IMG/VR virus record: IMGVR_UViG_3300032516_000013
Span: 1-64,000 of that record
Source: a virus
Length of the DNA: 64,000 nucleotides
Direction: 5' to 3' (one strand)
Both the position numbers and the translations under genes were made by a program. Every line of letters starts with the position of its first letter. Positions within the stretch are counted from its first letter, which is position 1. Below are positions 1 through 9,052 of this stretch, in pieces. Under the pieces are notes generated by a model. The model had not been told where the DNA came from, searched no databases, and worked only from the letters and a program-made list of their open reading frames with translations.

Positions 1-1738
1 GTTTGTTGGCTGAGTACCCAGACAAACTATCGTGTGCAATCTGAGAATCATTTGTGGTAAGAGTTATAAAATCCCCACCATCGGTTTTTGTTATACCAGT
101 AGAGGTCCTTAAAACATCCCCATTGGCTGCACCAAGATAACCAGCGGTTGCCCCAGCATCTACTTTTACTTTCCCATCTGTTGTTCCGGCTGGCATTAAC
201 CTGTCAATAGTAAAAATTGAGGATCCAGCTGTAGCGTGCCCCTCAACAACAACATTTCCACCAGTATCCTGATATAGTTGTACAACAAGTGTATCCGCCG
301 CAGTTAAATAAAGTGTATGTGCATATGTATAGGAACCTCCTCCTATGACCCCACGGGTCGCTGTAAAACCATCTTGGCCTGCTGCATTACGAAGGAGTCT
401 GGTATATTGAATTTTTCCCGCTGCAAGGGCTGTACTCGTATTTACAATATAACTTACATGATAATATCCCGTTACTGGAGCCGTAAATTTGTAGGTTCCA
501 GTATTAAAATCTCCCAGTGTATCATAAGTCTCATTGGCAAATTGAATTGTTATCCAAGACCCAGAACCTATGGTTTGGTTTGCATTTAGAAAAACAGAAA
601 CGTGAGATAAATCACCACCACCCCCTACGTGACTATGAAGTGTAGTTTCACTTCCGTTCGTCAATGTTTCAAGTTCTGCACCCGTAACATCTGTTGCCGC
701 ATCATTTGCTGAAATATCTGTATAATCCGCATCAACTGCCAAAGTAACAAAATTTCCGCCATCTGTTTTAGTTAATCCCGTTCCGGCTCTTAGAACACCA
801 TCAGCCCCCGCTCCAATATAATCAGCAGCGGCAGCAGCATCTACCTTAACGGTAAAAGCATCTGCTCCGCCCGTTGCCGCTTTCCAAAGAGCATTGCCTG
901 TCACGGTATCTTTTGTTAGTACATGCTCATTGGTTGCTGCACCAACAGCAGATAAGGCGTTTATAGCTAACTGTGCTGTCCCCTGTCCTGTTCCACCATC
1001 AGCAATAGCAATATCAGTTCCGTTCCACACCCCCGTTGCAATTGTACCAAGAGTGGTTAAATTTGTTGTACCTGCCCATGTTGATAAAGCAGTATTCTCT
1101 ACACTACCAAGACTAACATCAGATTTAGTAACACTGTGCGGATTTCCTGTTGTTAAACCACTATGGGTGTAGGCAGTATCCCACGCAGTATTTTCAGCCG
1201 TAGAAACATGAACACTGTTCCCTCCAGCTATTTGACTATGAGTATAAGCGGCATCATAATTGGACTTCAAAGTGGAATTAAGATCAGCTTTCAAACCATA
1301 AGCATTTACAGCTAAATCAATTGAAGCTGTATTTTGATATCTCAAATCGGCCGATAAAGATGGAGTTCCATCTACATAAGTTAAATCGATGGAATTCGTA
1401 TCAAGAAGCATCCCACCAACAGCGTCCTGTGCTAACTCATCCGTATATTGTGTAATTGAACAATTCAAAGTAACATTGCCAGATATTAAACCTCCACCAG
1501 ACATACCTGTTCCAGCCAACACAGATACTGCAGAATGGTCAATATGTTCATTTGCTGCAAAGTTAGTTAAAGCATCATGATCCAATCCAGATTCAAGAAT
1601 ATACAATCCACTAGAATCAATTGCCAATTGAGTAGGATCATAATCTACAGATACCAGATTTTTAAGTGAATCTGTCATTACGAACTGTGATGCAAATAAA
1701 CCACCATTTACCACAATTGGAACTTTATATTGAGTCAT
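1..1738 (-). CDS. Tail fibre/adhesin-like protein with C1q-like domain (runs off window start; not in ORF track)
   Basis: Manual translation from ATG at 1738 (MTQYKVPIVVNGG...) stays open to the window edge. Ala/Gly/Thr-rich, with a TDIAIADGGTG fibre motif and a C1q-like segment (VSVFLNANQTI...FNTGTYKFTAPVTGYYHV). The motif VKVDA.A.A.Y.GA...VLR..TG.TKTDGG.F.TL occurs twice. Confidence 0.75.
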   Translation of the reverse strand, partial: MTQYKVPIVVNGGLFASQFVMTDSLKNLVSVDYDPTQLAIDSSGLYILESGLDHDALTNFAANEHIDHSAVSVLAGTGMSGGGLISGNVTLNCSITQYTDELAQDAVGGMLLDTNSIDLTYVDGTPSLSADLRYQNTASIDLAVNAYGLKADLNSTLKSNYDAAYTHSQIAGGNSVHVSTAENTAWDTAYTHSGLTTGNPHSVTKSDVSLGSVENTALSTWAGTTNLTTLGTIATGVWNGTDIAIADGGTGQGTAQLAINALSAVGAATNEHVLTKDTVTGNALWKAATGGADAFTVKVDAAAAADYIGAGADGVLRAGTGLTKTDGGNFVTLAVDADYTDISANDAATDVTGAELETLTNGSETTLHSHVGGGGDLSHVSVFLNANQTIGSGSWITIQFANETYDTLGDFNTGTYKFTAPVTGYYHVSYIVNTSTALAAGKIQYTRLLRNAAGQDGFTATRGVIGGGSYTYAHTLYLTAADTLVVQLYQDTGGNVVVEGHATAGSSIFTIDRLMPAGTTDGKVKVDAGATAGYLGAANGDVLRTSTGITKTDGGDFITLTTNDSQIAHDSLSGYSANK

Positions 1739-1756
1739 AAAATTTTCTCAATTTTT

Positions 1757-2377
1757 TTAACCCAGTTCTCTTGATTTAAATATTAACCCAGATCTTCTAA
1801 AATGGGAAATAAATTCACAAACAAGGGTATCCGCCATCCCTCTTGCTAATTGTGTCTTATCTTCAAGATAATCATAACCAAAATCTAACATAATTTTTAT
1901 CCAATATGAAGATGGTTTACAATTAACATGATGATGTCCTGCTTGTCCAATATCTGCATGAGTCATAGCAATTATTCTTCCATTAGTAAGAGTCTTCACA
2001 AGATTAGGAACAAACCATTCTGGTATGTGTTCCACTAATTCACAACACCAGACCAAATCTATATTACTTATTATTACTGGACCTGCTGTCAAATCCTGTA
2101 GTATAATATTATTTTTTGATTTATTAAGATTTTCTTTTAATCCTTCTATTCCTATCCCAACACATCCTCTTGATACAAAATAATCAAGAGACTGTCCTTC
2201 ACCACAACCAACATCAAGAACTGATTTAACATTGAATTCTTTTATAAGCCAATCCCAAAGTTTTGGAGTAACACAACAAGGATCCCCATCTACAATATTA
2301 CCGCCTAAATGTGGATTCTGTTCATCTATTACATATTTATATGGACTACCTAAGCGTGTTTCTATATGTCTAATCAT
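1757..2377 (-). CDS. Class I SAM-dependent methyltransferase
   Basis: VLDVGCGEG motif I; DLVWCCELVEHI; GQAGHHHVN motif typical of glycan-associated MTases. Confidence 0.85.
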   Translation of the reverse strand: MIRHIETRLGSPYKYVIDEQNPHLGGNIVDGDPCCVTPKLWDWLIKEFNVKSVLDVGCGEGQSLDYFVSRGCVGIGIEGLKENLNKSKNNIILQDLTAGPVIISNIDLVWCCELVEHIPEWFVPNLVKTLTNGRIIAMTHADIGQAGHHHVNCKPSSYWIKIMLDFGYDYLEDKTQLARGMADTLVCEFISHFRRSGLIFKSRELG

Positions 2378-3488
2378 AGTATTTACTTAACCAATCAAGT
2401 TCTGTTCTTTCTGGATTCTTCTGTTTCCAGTCACCTCTTGCAAGCATCTCAAAGTATTCCTTGTACATATTTCCTATGCGACTGATTGTAAAATTATTTA
2501 GGGCCCAATTATAGCATTGAATGGGTTGGATCTTATCTATATTCTTAACAGCCCAAACAAATTGTTCTAATGTTCTGCATCTATAACCTGTTATGCCGTG
2601 TAAGACATTTTCTCCAAAAGCCCCCCAATCAGTAGTTATAACAGGACATCCAGAAAACGCTGCCTCAATACTTACTCCTTCAAATGGACCGATATATTGT
2701 GTAGGAACAAATAAGGCCCGTGCCTTACTTAGTAATTCTCTTCTTTTAGCTCTATCTGCATAACCAACATACTCCAGATTTGGAGATTTAATATCTACAT
2801 TTTCACAACCCAACGGACCAGCAAGAATTAATTTTACTCCAGCAGCTTCAGCTGCCTGTTTTGCAACAACAATACCTTTCCGATGAATAATTCTACCCAA
2901 ATACAAAAAGTAATCTTCCTTTTGAGAAATTGGAGTGTAATCAAAATCATCAGGATTAAAATAATTGGGAATTACAGCATCGCAAAAAGAACCATCCCCT
3001 CTACGCTCGCAACCATAAATATAATGCATCCAAGCATAACTTTCGAAAACTCGATATTTAGCAAATGTTCCTCCATACCCAATTCCGGATTCGACTGTCA
3101 AAGGAATATCTACATTATTGGCAATCACTTTTTCATAGTTTCCAAATGGGAGTAATAAAAAATCCCCAGGTTGTTTTCTTTTGTTAATTTCTCTAATGGC
3201 ATTATTATTGAAAGTCCTGTACGCCAAATCATCCTCTTTGAAATTGAAAACTTGTTGATTCCAACTGGTTCCCACCCCATACACTGATTCTCTAATTTGT
3301 TTATCCAAAACTGGTATGAACTCTGTACATTCGATTTCAGAATCTTCATTACCATAGAAAAATACCTGCCCCAATGGTTTTAATATTGGGGCAAGTTTTA
3401 TGACTTTCTGGGTAAAGGCACATGCTTGCTCGCCTGAGGTAGTTGGCAAATGTGCTAATCCTAAAAGATGAAATCTTTTGAATTCCAC
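2370..3488 (-). CDS. GT-B (GT4-like) glycosyltransferase
   Basis: YLGRIIHRKG and GPFEGVSIEAAFSGCPVITTDWG...ENVLHGITG C-terminal GT4 signatures. Confidence 0.85.
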   Translation of the reverse strand: MEFKRFHLLGLAHLPTTSGEQACAFTQKVIKLAPILKPLGQVFFYGNEDSEIECTEFIPVLDKQIRESVYGVGTSWNQQVFNFKEDDLAYRTFNNNAIREINKRKQPGDFLLLPFGNYEKVIANNVDIPLTVESGIGYGGTFAKYRVFESYAWMHYIYGCERRGDGSFCDAVIPNYFNPDDFDYTPISQKEDYFLYLGRIIHRKGIVVAKQAAEAAGVKLILAGPLGCENVDIKSPNLEYVGYADRAKRRELLSKARALFVPTQYIGPFEGVSIEAAFSGCPVITTDWGAFGENVLHGITGYRCRTLEQFVWAVKNIDKIQPIQCYNWALNNFTISRIGNMYKEYFEMLARGDWKQKNPERTELDWLSKYYD

Positions 3489-3508
3489 TTTCTATTCCTC
3501 AAATAATA

Positions 3509-4006
3509 TTATGTGGCATCTATTAACAAACAATTATAATCACCATCATAAACAGCTGCTGGACCAGAGGCTCCTATAGCACCCGTTCCACCTGTCCCGC
3601 CCGTACCTCCAGTACCCCCGATTTCACCTGTCCCGCCCGTACCTCCAGTACCCCCGATTTCACCTGTCCCACCGGTACCTCCAGTACCTCCGGTTCCACC
3701 AGTCTCCCCAACGGTGGTCATTATTTCCCAAACAAAACCATCGTACTGATAATACAAATCCTCATCCTTCACCCAAACATTCCATCCCTCAGCTGGAACA
3801 TCAAAAATCCAATTAGATTCCAAAGTAGGATTAAGTATCTTTGCTGTCGCGATACTCTTTTCGTGACCAGCAAATACTCCCGAAGCTGTAGCAATAACAA
3901 TGTATCTGGTCCCTTTTGTTTCACTACCTGTCGGAGCAGTAACCTGATCCGCTACCGGCTGTTGCCAGCTAAACGAACTTAATTCTGGAACTCTATATTG
4001 TGCCAT
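3509..4006 (-). CDS. Virion fibre-associated protein (DUF2793-like head plus GGT repeat)
   Basis: G.RYIV.A.ASG.FAGHE..IA...W.F..P.EGW..WV.DE...Y.YDG..W pattern, followed by (GGT)n. Confidence 0.65.
   Translation of the reverse strand: MAQYRVPELSSFSWQQPVADQVTAPTGSETKGTRYIVIATASGVFAGHEKSIATAKILNPTLESNWIFDVPAEGWNVWVKDEDLYYQYDGFVWEIMTTVGETGGTGGTGGTGGTGEIGGTGGTGGTGEIGGTGGTGGTGGTGAIGASGPAAVYDGDYNCLLIDAT
3581..3710 (-). repeat. Gly-Gly-Thr coding repeat with a perfect 36-nt tandem duplication (3591-3662)
   Basis: cctgtcccgcccgtacctccagtacccccgatttca occurs twice in tandem. Confidence 0.9.
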
Positions 4007-4017
4007 TTAATTTCTCC

Positions 4018-4380
4018 TTAACTATTTAACACGAAACATTTAAAACTATTATCATATACTAGTAAATCACTTTCTGAAACACCCGCTGTATAATGTAATG
4101 CGACTCTATGACCAGAAGAATGAGCGACATCAGAAGTATCTTCCTGAGCACGAATTATATTATACAAATTGGGTGTTCCAGAATAAAAAGCAGTAACGAT
4201 CTCCAATCCGGTATCATCGGCCGGATCTGGAAAGGATGTATTATTCCAAATAACAAGTCGGAAAGATCTTACAACAGTAGTAGGTAGGGAATGTCCAGCC
4301 TGAACAGTTAAAGATATTGCCCCAACTAACAGATTTGAAGATAATGTTCCTCGAGCAAAATTCTTACGCAGAAAAGACAT
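4018..4380 (-). CDS. Putative virion structural protein (fibre-associated)
   Basis: KNFARGTL...EIVT...IIRAQEDT...HSSG..V pattern seen in phage fibre N-terminal modules; lies among fibre genes. Confidence 0.55.
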   Translation of the reverse strand: MSFLRKNFARGTLSSNLLVGAISLTVQAGHSLPTTVVRSFRLVIWNNTSFPDPADDTGLEIVTAFYSGTPNLYNIIRAQEDTSDVAHSSGHRVALHYTAGVSESDLLVYDNSFKCFVLNS

Positions 4381-4388
4381 CTTTTATT

Positions 4389-5162
4389 TTAATCCTCTAT
4401 TTTGTCAATAGTGAGCCAGGTATAACCAGCTAATCCATAAACAGCACGTGCTACTGAATCATTATGCCAGGCATATATTTCAATATAATCCATTGGTGTT
4501 AAATAAACTGTTTTGGAGACTATTACCTCTGTAGTTGTTGAAGAAGCATTATACTGTCCTGTGTTTTCTGCCTCTAGTATTCCTGTTCTAACAATTTGTA
4601 ACCGTGCCTCTTGGTGAACAGAATTAAGATCTATTAGTACAGAGGCATGAATATGGTAATAACCGGCTACACTTGGGGTAAACCTATAAGTGCCAGTATT
4701 GTATTCATTAAGTTTATCCCAAACTTCTGTATTAAAATGAACAACTGTGCCTATAGAGGGATTTATTGATTGATTAACATTTAGATAAACTGATATACGC
4801 CGACCAGCTACAGCCTCAGGACCACCCCCACCACCTGTTTCTGGAACAAATTCAAGCCCACTCATGTCAGCTTTAACTTTAACAAATTTACTAGCAGCTT
4901 CAGAATAATCAACAGGTGTATCTTTAAGATCTAAAAACCCAGCTTCTCCAACAACATTGTTTTCCAAAGACTTTAACACACCTGAAAGACCACCAATTTT
5001 CAATCCTGCAAGTGTAGGAGAACTTCCTTCAACAACTAAAATTCCATCCATATCTGGAACAATCAAAGCTATAACTTTTCCAGAAGTAATTTCGGATAAA
5101 ATAAACTTAGCTTTTTTGGTTACATCTTGTCCATCAAATAATCTGAACCCTTCTGAAGCCAT
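4389..5162 (-). CDS. Tail fibre protein with C-terminal C1q-like domain
   Basis: FLDLKDTP..Y...ASKFVKV....SGLEF fibre motif. The C1q-like segment (ISVYLNVNQSI...YNTGTYRFTPSVAGYYHI) is paralogous to that in the 1..1738 gene. Confidence 0.7.
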   Translation of the reverse strand: MASEGFRLFDGQDVTKKAKFILSEITSGKVIALIVPDMDGILVVEGSSPTLAGLKIGGLSGVLKSLENNVVGEAGFLDLKDTPVDYSEAASKFVKVKADMSGLEFVPETGGGGGPEAVAGRRISVYLNVNQSINPSIGTVVHFNTEVWDKLNEYNTGTYRFTPSVAGYYHIHASVLIDLNSVHQEARLQIVRTGILEAENTGQYNASSTTTEVIVSKTVYLTPMDYIEIYAWHNDSVARAVYGLAGYTWLTIDKIED

Positions 5163-5207
5163 ATTTTATTCCTTTTCTACTTTTGTTTTCTATTTCAATT
5201 TTTCTTT

Positions 5208-6173
5208 TTACAACTTGATATTTAAAGCTTCTTCTACATTTGCAATACGATTAAAAACGGTTATTGTGCTTGAGCCAGCAAACAACAAGCCAACTACTCT
5301 TTGTCCATCTCGTTCTACGACAAGACTACCACTATCGCCTCCCGCAGCCATTGACCCAGTAATAATTTGATCCTCAAAAAGGGCTACTCCTCCGTTTGAA
5401 TAACTTACGTTTACTGTGGCAGAAATCTGAATAATTACATTCTCATTAAGTTGAGTAGTTCTTCCATACTTTCGAACATTCATACCAAGTTGAGCTTCTA
5501 CTGTACCAGAAATTTTTCCTACTATTTCTAATATCTCCTGCTTTGCAACATCAGATGAATTTAAAGGCTCTGCTAAAGCACAATCTACCTTATTAGGTTC
5601 ACCATTAAATTTAATAGGAACAAAAGCACTTAATTGAGCAATAATATCATTAGTCCCACCACCATCATATGGACCTGGCTGATAGATAGGATCTCCAATT
5701 ACAGCTACATTGCTATTAGCCAGAACGTGATTATTGCTAAGAATATAAAATTTTTCCTGTTTAGGAACAGGCCAAGATAATGCTAAACCAAATAAACTAG
5801 CATATGATTCTCCATCAAGAAGAGAAGATATTTCCTGTGGGATTACAATACCAAGAGTACCTGCCGTAATATCCTTATGACCAATACTCACTCCTCCAGG
5901 TGCGGGACGAAACTTCCCAGTAGGATCATATACTAAAGCTTTAACCAATCCAGTTTCAATTACATCTGTTTTTACATCGTCAAGAACTTCTGGTATAAGA
6001 TTCTGTTTGGTAAGATCTTTCTTAGAAACTTTCCGAGAAACATCTACTATCACAGACAATTCATTTGTTCTCTTACCGCCAATGTATTTAAAACCAACAG
6101 CAACGGCAACGACATTCTCTCTAGCTAAAAGTTCTGCTTTATATCTTTCCTTGATCTGTTTGATTTGTTCCAT
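5208..6173 (-). CDS. Trypsin-like (Nal1-type) serine protease
   Basis: Catalytic triad motifs LSNNHV, VDCA and GDSGS; N-terminal prodomain NVVAVAVGFK...TDVIETG. Confidence 0.85.
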   Translation of the reverse strand: MEQIKQIKERYKAELLARENVVAVAVGFKYIGGKRTNELSVIVDVSRKVSKKDLTKQNLIPEVLDDVKTDVIETGLVKALVYDPTGKFRPAPGGVSIGHKDITAGTLGIVIPQEISSLLDGESYASLFGLALSWPVPKQEKFYILSNNHVLANSNVAVIGDPIYQPGPYDGGGTNDIIAQLSAFVPIKFNGEPNKVDCALAEPLNSSDVAKQEILEIVGKISGTVEAQLGMNVRKYGRTTQLNENVIIQISATVNVSYSNGGVALFEDQIITGSMAAGGDSGSLVVERDGQRVVGLLFAGSSTITVFNRIANVEEALNIKL

Positions 6174-6188
6174 TTATTCTCCCATCCG

Positions 6189-6719
6189 TTACGGGTTAAT
6201 ATTGACTGTGTCACCTTCTATAACCACTGCTTCACCAGTAATTGTTATATCCCCGCCGATAACAGTTACTTTTCCATTGGTATCAATTTCTAAATAAGTT
6301 CCAGTTGGATGACTGACTTTAATTTCCTTACTTGAATCGTCTATATAAACCGTAATTCCATTTTTTGTCTTTATAACTTTTCTAAAAGGATAATTTGTAA
6401 TCCTCTCGGCAGGAAGTCCATGTACTCCTGAAGGGGCTTCCAAAAAATATACCGGCTGGTATACATCTCTGCCTTCAAAAAACACAAACACAAAAGACCC
6501 TATTTCCGGCACAGCAAAACTTCCATAACCCACTCCGGCTCCGGTAAATATTGGATAAGCTGGCACAGCCCAAGGTAATTGACTAGTAGGAATATCAGAC
6601 TTAAATATTCCTGAAATCTGAACTTTTATTCTTCCCAATTTACTGGAATCTACATTATCAACCACAGTAGCTCGATAAAAACCAGAATAATCAAAACTAT
6701 CTTTTTGTATTTCCAACAT
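6189..6719 (-). CDS. Baseplate spike protein (gp5/gpV OB-fold), no lysozyme domain
   Basis: GFYRATVVDNVD...GRIKV...LPWA.P...P.IGS.V.VFFE.RD...PVY. Start placed at ATG 6719 (TAATG coupling with the upstream gene). Confidence 0.85.
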   Translation of the reverse strand: MLEIQKDSFDYSGFYRATVVDNVDSSKLGRIKVQISGIFKSDIPTSQLPWAVPAYPIFTGAGVGYGSFAVPEIGSFVFVFFEGRDVYQPVYFLEAPSGVHGLPAERITNYPFRKVIKTKNGITVYIDDSSKEIKVSHPTGTYLEIDTNGKVTVIGGDITITGEAVVIEGDTVNINP

Positions 6720-7891
6720 TATCTCTTCCTTTGTGTTGATTCTAACAAAGTTGTAGACATATCTGTATCGATCCCGCAACGAACTAAAAGTAAATTAGAC
6801 ATAAAAGTGCTTCCAATTATATGCACTACTCTTTTTACCATCCAAAGTCCTGAATGCTGATAAGTAAATAAATCTCCTCGATTAAAAGATTCCCCAAAAA
6901 CCACTTGAACTATGTCTCCGGGAGTTATGTTTGGCAAACCCCAAGTGCCTGCCCACATATGAACCATTCCATTAACTCGATTGTAAAAACTGTTCTGAAC
7001 TCTTCCCTTAAAATCAGAAGTGAAAGCGTTTGAACGTCCAGTATGAGTAAACAAAGCACTATCAGTATTTCGATCTCCATCTAATAAAAGAAACTCAGAA
7101 AGAGTAGGACAATCTTCAATTCCAACTTCCGCATCAACAAAAGTTCCTAAATCATAATTAAAATAAATATACTTCTGAAGTTTTGCTCCCAAATCCATTA
7201 TCAACTGAGAATTATCAAAAATCTGATATTCTCCAATGGGATAATAATCTTTATATTCTTTATGACTAACTATGAAATTATAAGAAACTGGACTAGTCAA
7301 CAAATCTTCTAAACTCTTAAAAACTAAGATAGTTTCTCCCAACACAGGCATTACATAACAATAATATCCAGATTCTCCTGTTTTTCCAATCATGTTTTCT
7401 GTAAGATAACGCAGTAATTTTGCATCTGACCAATTAGGCTGCAAAAAGGATTTTTCATAATTCAAAGATGCTCCGATATATGATCTGTTAATTCCTAAAT
7501 TACTTACTATACTTTCCAAACTGGTTTTAATATTTCCAGTAAAAGCCTTGCTTCTATTCTCTGTCAAAATATCCGGGATATCAAGCAATCCTTCTACTGT
7601 ATAAATATCTTCGGGAGAAGCCACATTTCTTCTTTTAACAACAAAATCAAATATATTAATATCATCAACATCAGAAGTTCGAGATAATTCGAATTGAATT
7701 TTATTACTAGTCTTATCATAGGGCATTAATTCTGCCAATATTTTTGTAGCGTCTCTCAAAGACATTTTAAAAGTGGGAAGAAGTCTTTCTATATCCTGAG
7801 TAATTGTCAATTCTTTAATCATCTGAGGAAAAATATTGACTAATTCATCCCCAATTCTTACATTTAAAGAATAATTACCAATTACTTGCAT
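6719..7891 (-). CDS. Baseplate hub protein (gp27-like)
   Basis: Lies between the gp53-like and spike genes; C-terminal G.P.ITPGD.V...SGLW.V..V.H pattern. Confidence 0.65.
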   Translation of the reverse strand: MQVIGNYSLNVRIGDELVNIFPQMIKELTITQDIERLLPTFKMSLRDATKILAELMPYDKTSNKIQFELSRTSDVDDINIFDFVVKRRNVASPEDIYTVEGLLDIPDILTENRSKAFTGNIKTSLESIVSNLGINRSYIGASLNYEKSFLQPNWSDAKLLRYLTENMIGKTGESGYYCYVMPVLGETILVFKSLEDLLTSPVSYNFIVSHKEYKDYYPIGEYQIFDNSQLIMDLGAKLQKYIYFNYDLGTFVDAEVGIEDCPTLSEFLLLDGDRNTDSALFTHTGRSNAFTSDFKGRVQNSFYNRVNGMVHMWAGTWGLPNITPGDIVQVVFGESFNRGDLFTYQHSGLWMVKRVVHIIGSTFMSNLLLVRCGIDTDMSTTLLESTQRKR

Positions 7892-7894
7892 AAA

Positions 7895-8209
7895 TTACCT
7901 ATTACGTCTAACCCGAAATTCTCGAGAAAAATTATAAATGTCCAATTGATTCGGAATAGTTAAAACTTGTCCTTCTTCGAAATCTGACAATGGATTAACA
8001 ATATCATTCACCAAACAAATTACCCACCAAAAATCCACAGTACCGTAATTTTTATAACTTATTAAATCAGGCCGCATCAAATCTGTATGCTTAACTCTAT
8101 AATATCTTGGTTCATACTTCATCTCAAAATCAGACAAAGCATTCCACAGAAAATCTAATTCTTTTTCTCCACCCACATCAACTTCCGTATAAAAATTGGT
8201 TCTATCCAT
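7895..8209 (-). CDS. Baseplate wedge protein (gp53-like, LysM fold)
   Basis: RPDLISYKNYGTVDFWWVICLVNDIVNP...GQVLTIP signature. Confidence 0.85.
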   Translation of the reverse strand: MDRTNFYTEVDVGGEKELDFLWNALSDFEMKYEPRYYRVKHTDLMRPDLISYKNYGTVDFWWVICLVNDIVNPLSDFEEGQVLTIPNQLDIYNFSREFRVRRNR

Positions 8210-8217
8210 AAAATATC

Positions 8218-9051
8218 CTACTCAGAAGATGTTCTTTCAGTTGGAACTGTTTTATTTTTAAACGATCCTTCAAAAGATTCAGATGTCATCATCTCATAAG
8301 TTTCAAATATTACACTCACTTTTGCACTGATGGGATTACCATTTATATCAAACTTTATTGGAACAGTTAATGAAACTTCCTTAACTATAACATTAAAGAA
8401 TGTCAAAAACTGACCAATTTCTACTGTTATTTTATCTCCCCCTTGCAAAGAATCCATCTTGGTAATTCCTTCTTTCATTCCCAGAATATCTTTTCGGAAA
8501 AGACCTTCTAATTTATAAGGAGAAGGACCAGGAGGTCCTAAGAAAGGCAATCCAGTTTTTTCAGAAGCATAATTAATTTCTGTAGGCAAAGCTAAAGAAC
8601 CCAAAATTCTTAATGGTTCTGTTACTTCTACAACAGGATCTGAAACGGCCTGAAAATTCATTCTCAAAGATAGTCGCACAGGAGAAGAACCTGTCCAAAT
8701 CCTTCGAGTCGTAGCTTTTGTTATTGCTGAAACATTTCCTCCGGTAACCAACTGCAAAAATTGATTTGCATTTGCTGTTAAAGTAGGAAGAAATGGAGAC
8801 CAATGAGATTCTACACTCATCATTATATCTTCTTGCAAAGGAGATATAATTGAAGCAGCATTTCTTTGACTAGTAATTCTTGCTAAATAAGCTTCGGGAA
8901 CTGGCTTTCCATCTGGTTTATAACCATATTCTATCCGAGGAAAACCAAAACTTATAAACTTACTCTGAAAATCTACTTTACGAAAAACAGTAGTATAAGC
9001 GTTCTTCAAAGCTCTTTCAGCAGCACCTTTAGCATCAATGGGACTCAGCAT
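8218..9051 (-). CDS. Baseplate/tail-tube initiator protein (gp48-like)
   Basis: Synteny; RIWTGSSP..L...F and G.PISAKVSV.FETYE tube-fold pattern. Confidence 0.55.
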   Translation of the reverse strand: MLSPIDAKGAAERALKNAYTTVFRKVDFQSKFISFGFPRIEYGYKPDGKPVPEAYLARITSQRNAASIISPLQEDIMMSVESHWSPFLPTLTANANQFLQLVTGGNVSAITKATTRRIWTGSSPVRLSLRMNFQAVSDPVVEVTEPLRILGSLALPTEINYASEKTGLPFLGPPGPSPYKLEGLFRKDILGMKEGITKMDSLQGGDKITVEIGQFLTFFNVIVKEVSLTVPIKFDINGNPISAKVSVIFETYEMMTSESFEGSFKNKTVPTERTSSE

Positions 9052-9052
9052 C

